In this document: positions 25,769-38,757 of the stretch, piece by piece | How positions within the stretch are numbered: position 1 is the stretch's first letter | How the letters are laid out: every line of letters begins with the position of its first letter | Assembly: GCA_964016885.1 (NCBI GenBank) | Contig: OZ024743.1 | Span: 296,732,001 to 296,796,000 of the forward strand | Length of the DNA: 64,000 nt | DNA from: Eledone cirrhosa | Taxonomy: Eukaryota | Reading direction: 5' to 3' | Notes under the pieces: generated by a model | What the model saw: only the letters and a program-made list of their open reading frames with translations | What the model was told of the DNA's origin: nothing | The model's database searches: none | Program-made: the position numbers and the translations under genes

Positions 25769-25942
25769 GAATCAAGTAACAGCAGCCTTCCTCCAGCCTT
25801 GGTAATTTTAGACAGTACCAACAGTGCCTTGTTCTCCGATCTTGAAACATTAGATGGAATTCCAAGCCGTGATAGTGACACTGTGCATGTATTCTACATG
25901 AAGTCTGGCCAGAAAACTCCGGAAGAAATTGTACACAATGTG
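25769..25942 (+). CDS. RALGAPB: RALGAPB exon I
   Basis: weak gaaag acceptor chosen by frame and homology; gtaatg donor; ESSNSSLPPALVILDST...DTVHVFYMKSGQKTPEEIVHNV. Confidence 0.9.
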
Positions 25943-26269
25943 GTAATGTATTATCATGATTACCTTGTATTTTCTATATATTTTCCCTCTGTACAGGTGA
26001 TGTCATGACAGCATACTTAAGAAGTTTGCTTTGCAATAACAGGGTATTGTGTTCTATAGCACTGCATGACACCTTGGATAAGTGTCTTCTACTGTAGCCT
26101 CAAACCAACTACTGCCCTGTGAATGAATTTAGTAAGCAGTAAATACAAATATAGTTTATATAAACATGATTGAAAGGGGGCCTAACTTTTCACTACACAT
26201 ACTCTACTTTTCCAAATATTGAGTACTTAGCTAAACATGTTCTTACTTCTCTAAACTGGTAACTCCCAA

Positions 26270-26304
<35 letters not shown>

Positions 26305-26680
26305 GGAGGCACATGGCTTAGTGGTTATATATATATATGTATATATAGAGGCACATGGCTTAGTGGTTAGAGCATTGGGCTTGCAATCGAAAGGTGTGAG
26401 TTCAATTCTCAGACTGGGTGATGTGTTGTTTCCTTGAGCAACAGACTTTATTTCACATTGCTCCAATTTACTCAGCTGTAGAAATGAGATGATAAGGACT
26501 GGGGTCCCTATTATTCCACTGCAAAGTGGACGTGTAGGCGCCACGGAAAAAAGCACGCAGCACTCACTGTAAATGAGGTTGGTGTTAGGAAGGGCATTCA
26601 ACTGTAGAAATCAAGCCAGAATCAGTTCCTGTCCCACTCTTGCAAGCAGGGAAAAGTGGACGTAAAATGATGATGATGAT
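26305..26680 (+). mobile_element. young tRNA-head SINE with RTE-derived tail (copies 30332-30662 +, 49598-49908 -, tail only 40015-40071 +)
   Basis: A-box tggcttagtgg, B-box gagttcaattc, ccttgagcaagacact core, tail matching the RTE 3' UTR, (ATG)n end. Confidence 0.85.
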
Positions 26681-26766
26681 ATATATAAAACAAATGGAAG
26701 TTCAGCATAATCGAAGCTCTGGCTGCAGCTATGCTAACGAATGCAATCAGAATATATATATATATA

Positions 26767-28106
26767 CTAGTTGGCCCGTCTGGCTGGCCCCCAGCTAGGT
26801 ATACCGGCATTTTATCTTTGCAGGAATCCCTCCTACACTCTAGTGCAAAAATACTGCAGGCCCTCTCAAGTCATGCTCTGATGTTGGGTTTGAATAGTTT
26901 TTAGGATTCCCCAGTTCAGCAGCCAGTACGTTAAAGAAAATTGATAGTTACAACAATAAAGGCTGAACAGAGAACAAATTTTTTAACAAACAATAATTTG
27001 TACAACCATAATGGAAATTCCAAGTAACAGAAAATATTTAAATTACATTGTTAGAGCCTCAGAGTATACAATATTTTTTGTTCGGCCCTCCGGAGCAAAG
27101 ATGAAGAGATTATTTGGCGAGCTAACCCTAGAGCATCCTACATACAATTGACCATGGGAGAATCACTGATCTCGTAGTTCGTCTCGTGGAGAAGCTCTAT
27201 AGACGTTGACCTCTGGACACTCCTGTCAGGAGCAGGTAAGCTGTAGTGACTTAGAGGCCTACCACCAATCTCCAGGACACTGTTTTCAAGACAAATGAGC
27301 GCCTCATTGAAAAACGACATCGTATGTTATGTTCGGATTGTGTCTGCGTGTGCGGTGGAGGATGTCTTCTGCTAGACTTTCGCGGTGGTTGTTCCACAGT
27401 GCGAGAGGGTCGGCGAGATCGCAGTTGTGCAGCATAATAGCAAAAAGTTTTCGCAGCTGAGAAGAGACTTTAGCAGTTGCTGCTTCTTGCAGGGTGAGGT
27501 GCCAATGGCTGTCATCGTGTAACATACCATGCATCTGGCAAGCCAAACAGTAAGTGGAACATTAATGGCCATTGATGGTTCTCAGATCTTGGAAAGACTG
27601 TGGTCCTCTAACCTCGAACAGTAACAATGACGATAAGCCGTCTCTGCTTTCGTGAAATAAATAGGTTTTTGTTTTTGTGTATGCAAAAATATCTGTACAC
27701 GAATATATATATTAAAATAACAGATTAAAGTGGAAGCAAAGAATCGCTGCTTTCACCCTTAACGGGATCTTCTGAAACTAAAAGAACGCAGAAGTAAATA
27801 TTTCGAAAAACGTTATCTAATGCAGACAGCCAGACATACAGACTAAGAAAAAGAGGGGAATGTTGTGCGACGTCATAAGAAAAAGTGAGGAATGGCGTAT
27901 AACCGGAAGTGTTGACATTTGAAATTTTAAAGAAGTGAATATTTAAATAATGTCTTTAATCTTTTAACAAAATTCAGTAGACAAAAATACCCTCACTTTT
28001 TTACTTGGAAAAAGATACAACTATGGTGCAAATTTGGTGCTGTTTGGTCCAGCCATTTGGCGGAAAGTTTGTTACCTAAATACGGCCGTCAGCTTTATAG
28101 TATAGA
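26767..28106 (-). mobile_element. Helitron internal-deletion derivative with both termini intact
   Basis: A|TCTATACTATAAA 5' end; GC-rich hairpin + CTAG|T 3' end; RepHel remnants LLFEVRGPQSFQDLRTING, ACQMHGMLHDDSHWHLTLQEA and FSHGQLYVGCSRV...TKNIVYSEAL*. Confidence 0.92.
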
Positions 28107-28689
28107 TATGTATATATGGCATCAGGAAGGGTATAGATCAGTGCTTCAAAAAAGTCTCATCCAACTCATGCTAGTATGGAAAAACAAATCCAAAATCAAT
28201 GATAATGAGGATATCTGTATATTCACTCTCTAGTATTGGTGCCAGAACTCCCTAGTACTGGTTACACAATAAAATGCACCTAATACACTCTGTGAAGTGC
28301 ACATAAAATAATGATGATAATATATCATTATCAAAATTTCATATTGACTTTTTCATGCTGTCAAATATGTATCCATGTATAGATATATGTGTGTGCTTGT
28401 GTATCTTTTTGTTTGTTTCTGTCTCGTCATTTCTCTTTGCATTTGATATAGCTAACGGATACAGTGATATTTGTTTATGCTCAACATAAACAAAAGTCCT
28501 GTGGCCTAGTGGTTAGATGTGCAAAGATCTACACTTGACTTTACAATACACGTGTGAGCTGGCATCAGAAAATGAGTCCAGTTATAAAAAGTCTCATTGA
28601 AGGCAACCCATTTTGTGACCCAGTGACTTAAATCATATCTACAATAAAATATAGTTGTTCAAGAACAGAAGTAGTTATCAAAAATGGTT

Positions 28690-28858
28690 ATCATCATCAT
28701 CATCATCATCAACGTTTAACGTCCGTGTTCCACGCTTGCATGGGTTTGGACGGGGGTAGTCCCACTTGAGGCAAGAGTGATTGTCTTGCTCGCATAGGAC
28801 TGTCTGGCAGGTTTTCTACAGTTGGATGCCCTTCCTAACACCAACCACATTTACAGTG
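28690..28858 (-). mobile_element. RTE 3' tail only, apparently identical to 19945-20116
   Basis: direct comparison by eye. Confidence 0.85.
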
Positions 28859-29078
28859 TATATATACATATACTTGAATATAAGCTGCCTCCCCATTTTA
28901 TGCCTGAGAAATGGCAAAAATCCAAATCCCATTTATAAGCCAAGGCAGCTAATCAACACATTGTTTAGATGGTGTATATAAATATCCCCCCCCACCCCAA
29001 TTTTACCATCGATTTTTTTTTTTTTCACATATTCAAATATATACAATAATTCTTGATCTTCCTTTATTTCTATTATAG

Positions 29079-29217
29079 AACTCTGTTGATAGTGTACAGC
29101 CTCAATTTCTAGAATTTCTCCGGTCCCTTGGTTGGCCTGTATTTGTACGGAAACATGCTGGCTGGACAGGTAATTTATCAACTAGCTGGAAAGTTATTCA
29201 TGAAGAAGATATTAATG
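29079..29217 (+). CDS. RALGAPB: RALGAPB exon J (RapGAP-like domain)
   Basis: ttatag|...|gtaaga; VQPQFLEFLRSLGWPVFVRKHAGWTGNLSTSW. Confidence 0.95.
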
Positions 29218-30660
29218 GTAAGAAATATTTCAATGTTACTACTATTTCATATCATTGTTCTGTTTGTCAACTTCCAGCTTATAAATGGATCCTCTGTCAG
29301 TTTTAACAGTGAGTGTTCTATTTGTTCAAGCAATGGACTGGACTACTCATTAACTTAATGTGTAAATTGACTGAGCATTCCACAGTTTCAAGCACTCGTA
29401 ATTCTCAGAGATATTTAGAGAATAAATACACCATATCCTTACGTGTTGTAAGAAGCGACTAAAAGGGTTGGCACTAGAAAGGGTGTCTGGCTGTAAAACA
29501 TTACCTGAAATTCTGTCATGGAACTCTCAAAGCTAACTTCTGCTTTAGCAAGGAAAATGGCCTTAAAATATTTGTTAGTATTGGTGTTCAGCATCACAAA
29601 GAGTATGACAATTCTGGTCTTTTAAATTACAGGTACAGTTCATTTGACAGGTTTCTTAACAGTTTCTGTTTACTCACTATGCTTAGCTCAACCCAAAACA
29701 TGACTGAGAAGTTTGCTTTAAAAACATGAGGTTTGGGGCTCAGTTCCACTGCATAGCATCTTAAACAAGTCTCTTTTTCCATGGAGTTAAGTCAACCCAA
29801 GTCTTGTGAGTGAAATTGGGTAGTTGGAATCTGGTTTAAACCAGCTATATCTGGCCAATATTCTCTCACTTCTTTCTGTTCAAACTGGCCATAATCGGCC
29901 ACTCATACTGACGTTGAGGTATTGTCCTTAAAATAAATAACATCAAAATCTCATAGATTTAATATTATGTGAGATAATTATGTAAGATAAAGCTTTTACC
30001 ATGAAAATATAATAGCAAATGTAGAGTAATGTAAATGCTAATGGGTTAAAGCCTGTTGGGTGCTATGTAACAGTAATGCAAAGGACCATCCTTGTCACAC
30101 ACTGTGTCATGCTGAATCTCCCTGAGGGTAAAGAAAAAAGAGTATAGAGGAAGAACCTATTCAAGTATTAAAGTGGCACTTATTTATCAACCTTGAAAAG
30201 ATGAATGGCACAGTTGACCACAGCAGGATTTGAAATCCAGGTGTAGAGAACTAGAATGGATACTGTGAAGCATTCTATCCAACATTCTAATAATTCCTCA
30301 AATTTGCCACTAATATATATACCCTTATAATGGAGGCACATGGCTTAGTGGTTAGAGCATTGGCCTTGCAATCGAAAGGTTGTGAGTTCAATTCTCAGAC
30401 CGGGTGATGTGTTGTTTCCTTGAGCAAGACACTTTATTTCACATTGCTCCAGTTTACTCAGCTGTAGAAATGAGATGATAGGGACTGGGGTCCCTATCAT
30501 TCCACTGCAAAGTGGTCGTGGAGGTGCCACGGCAAAAAAGCACCCAGCACTCACTGTAAATGAGGTTGGAAGGGCATCCAGCTGTAGAAATCAAGCCAGA
30601 ATCAGTTCCCGTCCCACCCTTGCAAGCAGGGAAAAGTGGACGAAAAATGAAATGATGATG

Positions 30661-30695
<35 letters not shown>

Positions 30696-30867
30696 ATTGG
30701 ATTTTAATTTTACATGTAGGTTGTTCCATTGACCAAAGTACTAAAACATTTGTGGAAACAGATGAGGGTCCATCTTAAACTTCTAGTTTCTTTGTTAACA
30801 TAGAATTGCTCATTTTTCAGAAACTGAAATGATAAAATATTGCTGTTTATCTCCATTTACCTTAAAG

Positions 30868-31023
30868 AGGACGAAATTCCTTCCAATACGGGTGGCAGTA
30901 TTTATGATGGTAGGCAGCAGATCCTTTACTGGGCAGATGTATCCTCTGAAGTAGCATTTGTGGTTCCTTCAAAAGATACAGCACACAATGGGTCAACTAC
31001 AGGACTGAATGAGCAAGACATTG
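30868..31023 (+). CDS. RALGAPB: RALGAPB exon K
   Basis: ttaaag|...|gtaagt; GGSIYDGRQQILYWADVSSEVAFVVPS. Confidence 0.93.
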
Positions 31024-31089
31024 GTAAGTTTACCTAATTTTGTTTTTTTGTACTTGTTGTTTGTTTTAATATCCCTGTATGGTACTTTG

Positions 31090-31560
31090 GGCACCTCTGG
31101 TCAACCATTACCTTGACTATGAATTTGACTGAGTGGTCCTTAAAAATAAGTTCCGACTATGTAAACAGAATTTAGAATCAAAAGGCCTGAGAGTAAACTT
31201 AGCCAAAACTAAAGTGTTAGTGAGTAGGAGTGAAGATAGGACCTTGATTCCTAGGGAAGTGGACCTATTCAATATGTAGAAAGGGAGCAGGCATAAACTC
31301 CATACAATGTACACAATGTAAATCTTGGGTATACAAGAGATGTAGTGGGATAACGAGTAGGCAAACGGAAAGAAAGACTTTGTAGAAGATGCACAGGGAT
31401 AACCAAGGGGAAGATAACCAGTGATGTAAGCCTATTCAAGTCACAGGAAGGGCCCATAGAAGTGGTTGATAGGTTCTGCTAACTAGGCAACCTAATTAGC
31501 AGTGGAGGTTGGTGCTATAAGAGCATAATAACTAAAATAAGGATAGAAAGAAAAAAGTTA
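31090..31560 (+). mobile_element. old RTE fragment
   Basis: KQNLESKGLRVNLAKTKVLVS and SICRKGAGINSIQCTQCKSWVYKRCSGI remnants. Confidence 0.7.
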
Positions 31561-31925
31561 AGAGATTACAATCTATGATTTGAATTTAACACTTTTGTTA
31601 CTCTATATCTAATGAAATAAACTCTTTTACTCTTTCACCTGTTCCAGCCAACTGGCTGAGACCATGCCGGGGCACTGCTATGCCTTTGACTTTTAAATAA
31701 TTTAAAAATTTGAGTAATTTAGAAATAATATAAACTTTCTCATTATTAAGTTAGTGTTTAAAGCATAACACTCTCTGACATAAAATTATGTTGGAGGATT
31801 TTTAGTTAAATACAAACACTTTAAAATAAATGGCTTTGTATTACAGAACTAGGGTTGGTGTCAGAAGGGTTGATGATTAGTTTGTTTAAGTGTATTATTT
31901 TGTATATGTTTTTCTTTCATTTTAG

Positions 31926-32177
31926 ACAAAAACCAGTTGGGGTCCATCAATAAGAAGATCTCTACGGGAACTGATCTCAATTTGACCAAACCAAAGTCTC
32001 TCATCTTGTTGGCAGACAAGAATGGTAAAGAAAAAGAAAGTCCTGGTTCACCTCCAGAAGTTCCAATATTGAGAGGCAAAAAATATGGTCGCCACTCATC
32101 TTTGGCCGTTGGGCCAGACACACGGGTGTTTGTAGTATGGCTAGAAAGCTTTGAAGACTGTGATAATTTTCCTTCCA
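31926..32177 (+). CDS. RALGAPB: RALGAPB exon L
   Basis: ttttag|...|gtaagt; ...VGPDTRVFVVWLESFEDCDNFPS; GPDTR stands where catalytic RapGAPs carry the Asn thumb (HIGND), as expected for the non-catalytic beta subunit. Confidence 0.93.
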
Positions 32178-34577
32178 GTAAGTATTTAACCCTTTTCTTA
32201 CTATATTTCTAATGACATATACTGTATTTCAATTAATTGATGAAGAATTTGGAAGAATTTACTAAAATTATAACTCTTGAGAACAGGGAAAACTGATGTT
32301 AAATGATAATGATATTTGGAACATAACTTCACAAAAAGGTTTTATATAACATTATGCTAGAAAATTTATATTTAAATAGAAGTCCTTTAAAATGAGTGGC
32401 TTTGCTTCATAGAACAAGAGCTGGGTTTGGTTGGGCTGGGCTGGTATCAAAAATATTAATTCTATAATTTAACTCATGATTTCTGTAGATGAAGGCACAT
32501 AGCCTAGTGATTAGGTCATTGGATTCACAATCATAAAATCATGGGTTTGATTCCTGGACTTAGTGACATGTGTTCTTGAGCAAGATGCTTCATTTCACAT
32601 TGCTTTTCATGGGGCTCCTACCACTAAAACACTTGAGAAATCTATGAGTTACAACCTCTTAGAAATTTTGCTAAACATACATAGATTCGTGTTGTCAATT
32701 TTATTTTTCATTTTCATTTCAATTTCCATCTTAACACTCTTCTACTCCTTCCTGTTCTTTGAACACTATTCCACATACTTCAATTTATTTAGCTGTTGGG
32801 ATGAAATAACAGATATTCTGGGCAATATACTATTAAGCTATTCAAGAAAAGATATTTTCATCCAATTTACATTTTATAAATCTGGAGTTATGTACTATAT
32901 TTACAAACTGATGGGTTTTGTGAAGGTATTTTCATATATTTCCATAAATTTGAGCCAATCTTGAACTTTAGTGGAGTGAAGGGCTGATGATCTATTGGAC
33001 TCACAATCATAAGATCATGATTTGATTCCTGGACCAGGCAGCATGTTCTTTTCTTAAGACATTTCATTTCATGATACTTTTCACGAGAAGACTGAGACCT
33101 CTAAAATTAAAATGCCTGAGAAATCTCCTATGAGATGCAACCTCATTGGAGGCAAGCTAAACCAGCATAGGTGTGAGCTGTAAATGTTATTTTAGTTTAT
33201 TTCTATGATTTGGTGGGATAAGGCAGGGACTTGCTTGCAGAAGTAAAAAAAATATTCTGTTCGTATAGTTTTTATTTGTATTGAAAATTGGAAAACTGCC
33301 TAAATTTATGGAGCTTGTGAAACTGGTAAAACTAAACACTATATTGCCATTGCAACCTGATTTTAGTTGAGATATCACCTTGGTAATTAGAAAACTCCCT
33401 CCAAATCACTTGAGGTGTCATATTTTTTCAGTGTCAATCATTATCATCATCATCACTATTGCGACTTCTTTACATGTGACATGAACTGGATAGGTTGTCA
33501 TGATCCAAGTTAGTTCATATTCAGAGTGACAGCCCTCCTAGAGAGGTCAAAGGATCCTGTCTCTCTTGTACGTTCTATTTTTGGTATGGTCTCTACAAAT
33601 GGATCCCCTTCTTAACACCATCCAGTGTGTACTAGATGCATTTTATCATGGTACCAGCACTAGAGAGCTTATTATATCCTCAGTAAGACTTAAAGAGTTA
33701 TCTTGATCGTACACTATCTTTGTTCCACTACTATCCACTTTACAGATTGTACTGGGGGTATTTTATCATGGCACCAACACTATAAAGCATGCTTTATGTC
33801 TTAATCAGGTGGTTAATTGGCAGTCATTAGGGCCTAGGATTAAATGCCTTGGTATTTGTCCTGGCTCACTGTGTTCTGAGTACGACTTTGATCAACTTTG
33901 CATACATACCAGTCCAAGATGGTAGATTTGGCAGAATCATTAAAAGAATAGGACAAGATACTATGTGCTATCTGTGCTGGCTTTCCACATCCTAAGTTCA
34001 AATGCAGCTTCCTTCTGCTAGGAGTTGCAACTGGCAGATAGTGTCAGCTTGAAATAGAAGTGGTAACTCATTGTGATAAAGCAGCCATTAGAAACAGTTA
34101 TAATGAAGTCATGGCTTCATCATTTCTTCATTTTCCCAAGGGTCTGGATGAAGCATGACAACATATCTTAATCACTATAAAACATCTAAAAAATCTAACA
34201 ATACTAGGGGTCATGCTGGTGACTTGATGAAAAAGTACCCAATCCATCCTGTAAGGTGGTTGTGTTGGTGACACGACAAACGTTGCCTAGTCCACACTGT
34301 ATAGTGATCGTTTTGGTGTCATAATAAAAAGCACCCAGTCCACACTGTAAATGTGGTTGGCATTAGGAAGGGCATCCAGCCGTAGAAACCAAGCCAGAGA
34401 CAGTTCTGTATGAGCAAGACATGGTCACCTGATCTGACTTGTCTCACAACAGGACAACTCATCTAATCCATACTAGCATGGAATAGACGTGTGATGGTGA
34501 TGATGATAATGATGATGACTAATGTTACAAATAATATGTGATTTAAAACCTTCCATGCTGATTGTGTTATTTTTCAG

Positions 34578-34731
34578 ATGACTTACTAAGTTACACCAAC
34601 ACAGGAATGGAGCAACATAGCTGCAATTCCAGTGCATCAACAACTCAGAGAAACCAAGAGATATATATTATATTTATTCATGCTTTACAAAATGGTTTAT
34701 TCAGAGTGCGAATGCAAGGGCCAACCAAACG
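34578..34731 (+). CDS. RALGAPB: RALGAPB exon M
   Basis: tttcag|...|gtatgt; DLLSYTNTGME...IIFIHALQNGLFRVRMQGPTK. Confidence 0.94.
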
Positions 34732-36592
34732 GTATGTAGCTTAATTCTTTCATCCAAAATGTTGTCATAGAGATGTTATTTGGTTCTTGTTATGTATTAT
34801 GCCAGGATATGTGACTAGTAGATAGAATCAGCAATGGAAAGTCCAATGAAAATATTGTTTCCTTGGCCTGATTTGACGAGTTCCACCCTACTCGGTGAGC
34901 AAACAAGGCTTGGAAACATGAAAACGGACATAAAAATTGATAGCAAACTTCCTGAAACTGCCCCAGATTCTATTGTATAAAACTGTTTCTTTTAAAGTGT
35001 TTTTCTTAATCTCAAAATTTTCCATCATAATTCTCTGTAAGAACTTTTGTTGAGTTGTGCTCCAAACGCCATCCTTATAAATTCATATTTTCAAATTTAC
35101 TTGAAAATAATAGGCTATGTGTTTCATAATGAAAGAATTAATCCACCGCTCTGACCATTATTACATATCTTCCATCCCACTCTCATTTTCATTCTGTCAT
35201 TCTCACACATTCTTTTCCCTTGTGTTGATTTTGTAGTATTATTAGAAGCCTACAGTTTTAACAAGGGTATGATTAATAGGCAATTATGAAAATTATCCAA
35301 TTATAGCAGGAATAGGGCAATTTCTGAAATATTTATTAAGTGTAATTAGTTATCATTTCATGTTACCATGACTCTTATGTGTTTAATGATTATTTCATTG
35401 TTAAGCAGTGGAAGATTAGTTTAAAAGAATGTTAGTCTTTCTCAATCCTAGAAACTCATTAGTCCAGAATATGTCACAATTTCATGAGGTGTTAAGCAAC
35501 TGAGAGTATATGACCTCCTCCTGTCATTCTTGTTTAGTCCCATGTCTGCTCTGAATGAGCAGAGATATGATCAAAAATGTTCCAACTACATCCAACCTGT
35601 TCTTTTTTTCTGGACACTGGGTAATGTAGTCCTGGATACACTATGTCATAATCATTATTGTTTTTACATCCGCCTTTTCCATGTTGGTATGGGTTAGGCA
35701 AGACTTCTTAAGGTAATCTTCTACAGCCAGATGCCTTTCCTCATGCCAATCCTTACTTGGTTTTAAGTATGCTACTATATTCCACTGTTCTTCACACATT
35801 ACCACTCAATATTGGTTATGCAGGACATAAATAAACAATGTGAAGATGAGTGGAGACAAATACATGCATATACACATACACACACATATATATATATATG
35901 ATGATGAGGATATATATATGTGACAGATTGCCATATAGTTTCTGTTTACCAAATTTCACAAGAGATTGGTCAGCCAGATGCTATAGTAGATGCTCAATAT
36001 ACTAGGCAGTGGGATTAAACATAGAGGACAAAGCCCTGATTAAGTACGAACTTGGTCTGTAACAACCCACCCAATCCATGCCAGTGTGAAAAAACAGATG
36101 ATATATATATATATATATGTGTGTGTGTGTTTCTCTGTCACCATTTTCATGTTGGCACTGCTTAAACAACTGGTGCCATATGTTTATATTCTGCAGCATA
36201 GTGGTTTGATGGGTGAATATCAGTGGAATAACTAAAAGTCTAAAGTCTGTCTCAAGCCCAGAAGCTCATCAGGCTGGTGCTTATCCTGGTTTCCATGGTG
36301 TGAAGCGACTGAGAGTACAAGACTCCAATGACAGGTCACCAGTCCATCGCAGGGTTAAACCCCTAGCTATTGCTGGTACTCATTTTCAGCTGGGAATACT
36401 GAAGCAATGTGAAATGAAGTGCTTTGCTCAAGAATACAACAGACAACCCAGTTCAGGAATCAAATATCAGATATACTTGTTAAGTTAATCACAACTAATT
36501 CAATACAGAGGAGGGTATGGAGGAGGAGGAGCTTGGAGAATCTTTGCATACTGCTGATTGTTATTATCAATTTTTATTATTCTCCTTTTCAG

Positions 36593-36709
36593 AGTTGCCA
36601 TGGCGATACCTCTTGTTGATGGTATGGTAGTAAGTCGACGATCTTTAGGAACTCTTGTTAGACAAACAGCCATAAATATATGCCGGCGGAACAGGCTAGA
36701 AAATGAATC
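36593..36709 (+). CDS. RALGAPB: RALGAPB exon N
   Basis: tttcag|...|gtaagt; [36 protein letters not shown]. Confidence 0.96.
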
Positions 36710-38509
36710 GTAAGTATATATGCTTATTATTATTATTCCGTTTGTATAGGGAGGTTGATTGGCAGTATCGGTAGAGGGTCAGACGCCATGCTTTGCAGCA
36801 AAGAGTTACGTCCCTTTATGGTCTGAGTTCAAATCCTGCCAAGGTTAACTTTGCCTTTCATCCTTACGGGGTCGATAAAATAAAGTACCAGTAATACACT
36901 GGGATAATTGCTGGCCTTGTGCCAAAAGTAGAAACAATTATTATTTCTTTTGTTACGCTATGTAGATAGAAAATGCACTGGAGTATTTAGCCATCTGTCA
37001 AGTCACAAGGACTTCAGGCAGATAATACTTTCCTTAAAATGTGCACAGCGCCTAGCAAGGCTGGCTTTTGTATGACACCAATCTTGCATTTATTCTCAAC
37101 TGCTTTAAGAAGTTTTGGAGTTACAATGTGATTGACCCTAATGCTTCGATCACAACTGGTATCACTTCCACATCACCCTCTCACATTCCAAACAGTCTTG
37201 CCATCTCCACTTTCAAAGAGGGGTCTTCTGTTGGGACAAGAACCAACAACCTCTCTAGCATTGGTGCCTTGAAAATGTACCCGGTACACCCCGTAATGTG
37301 GTCAGCAACAGGAAGAGCAACCCGCTGTAGAAGCCATGCCTAAAAGAAGGGTTGAGAGGACTCCTCAGTTGTGTCATGGTTCAACAACCCCTTTATTTTT
37401 GATGATCTACACAATAAATGTATACAGTACATGTTGTAAAGTGATTGGTGATAGGAAGGGCATCCAGCCATAGACAGGTTACCAAATATGGGAGGACCTT
37501 TCAGTTGTGTCGAGGACATGACAACTTCATTACTGTTGGTGACCTACATGATAAACGCACCAAATACATGCTGTAAAGTGGTTGATGATAGGAAGGACAC
37601 CTTGCATAGAAAGCTCACTAAAGAAAGGATTTGCAGGACCCTTCCATTATGTCAAAGATATGATGACTTCTCTTGTGCACTCAGTAGAACCTGAGACCAT
37701 ACGTAAGCGAGATGCAGACCCCCTGGCCTATCTGGAAGGTCAGTCACCCCAATTCGGTACTGACTTGGTCTATGTCCTGTTTAACCCTTGCTACCAGGGA
37801 AAGCATACAATAAGCTTATGAGGTTATGATTATCAACTCTTGGAAATACTATCTCTTGAATTAGCATTAAGTAAAAATATTGGAAATTATGAGTACACCT
37901 TTGTCATTCATTCCGTTTTTTTTTATTATTTTCTTAAAAAAAACTTAAGCACTGATTTTTAAGCTTATTTTATACTGGAATCCTTATAGAATTTTCCAAA
38001 TATCGCTAAACTCATACTTGTTATTGATAACCATGTGTGTTTTCATTAATTCCTACAGAGAAATATATATATAGAGAGAGATTAATTGAGAGGATCCCAG
38101 ATTAATCTGACTGCAAATCCTGAAGGAGTAACAGTTTATTTAAGAAAACCACCTCTTTTTATGATTTTTATCTTGGTTTACGGTTTGAACTTGGCTAACA
38201 TGAGGTGATTTTGTGGATAACAACTAATTGGTTATTTTCTGTAATTTTAAGCCAATATAAATCTCTGTCCATCATTAATTGTTCAATATGGCTTTTGACT
38301 ACAGCAATACAATCAAACAAAACTATGTTGTAGTCCTGTTGGTCACATGATACAGCAGTCTGTTACAGTCTACCCATGCCTTTGTCACCACAGAGGTATT
38401 GACCATAATGTTTATTCATGACTTTTTTCTCCCTTTTTGAAGTTAATATTGTGTTTTAATTCAGTGAAAATTTTATTGTTTTAATCAATTCCTTTAAATT
38501 CTGTTTCAG

Positions 38510-38627
38510 CTACCAGCCACCACATGTACGTAGGAAAGTTAAAATTCAAGAAATAGTTAATAAACACCGGAGCAAAATGACTGTTCCAGAATTCTATGCA
38601 GCATTATTCCAGAACGTAGCCAAATGA
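38510..38627 (+). CDS. RALGAPB: RALGAPB terminal coding exon
   Basis: tttcag|; [38 protein letters not shown]; the 15 exons sum to 2240 nt in one continuous frame. Confidence 0.96.
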
Positions 38628-38700
38628 ATGAATACAACAAAATTGGGAGCAGTTACATTTGTGTATATATGTGGTTGTATGATGTATGAATGTGTGACTG

Positions 38701-38706
38701 AATAAA
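38701..38706 (+). promoter_or_regulatory. possible proximal polyadenylation signal of RALGAPB
   Basis: AATAAA 74 nt after the stop codon; the motif is common in this AT-rich DNA. Confidence 0.3.
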
Positions 38707-38718
38707 CAAACACACACA

Positions 38719-38757
<39 letters not shown>

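Noticed and set aside
30332-30405. tRNA gene (also 26348, 18935, 21919, 32495)
   Set aside because: A and B boxes are present but there is no complete cloverleaf, and each continues into a SINE body
195-38627. RALGAPA or TSC2 identity for the main gene
   Set aside because: No Asn-thumb motif, and the C-terminal [11 protein letters not shown]...PPHVRRK segment matches the beta subunit
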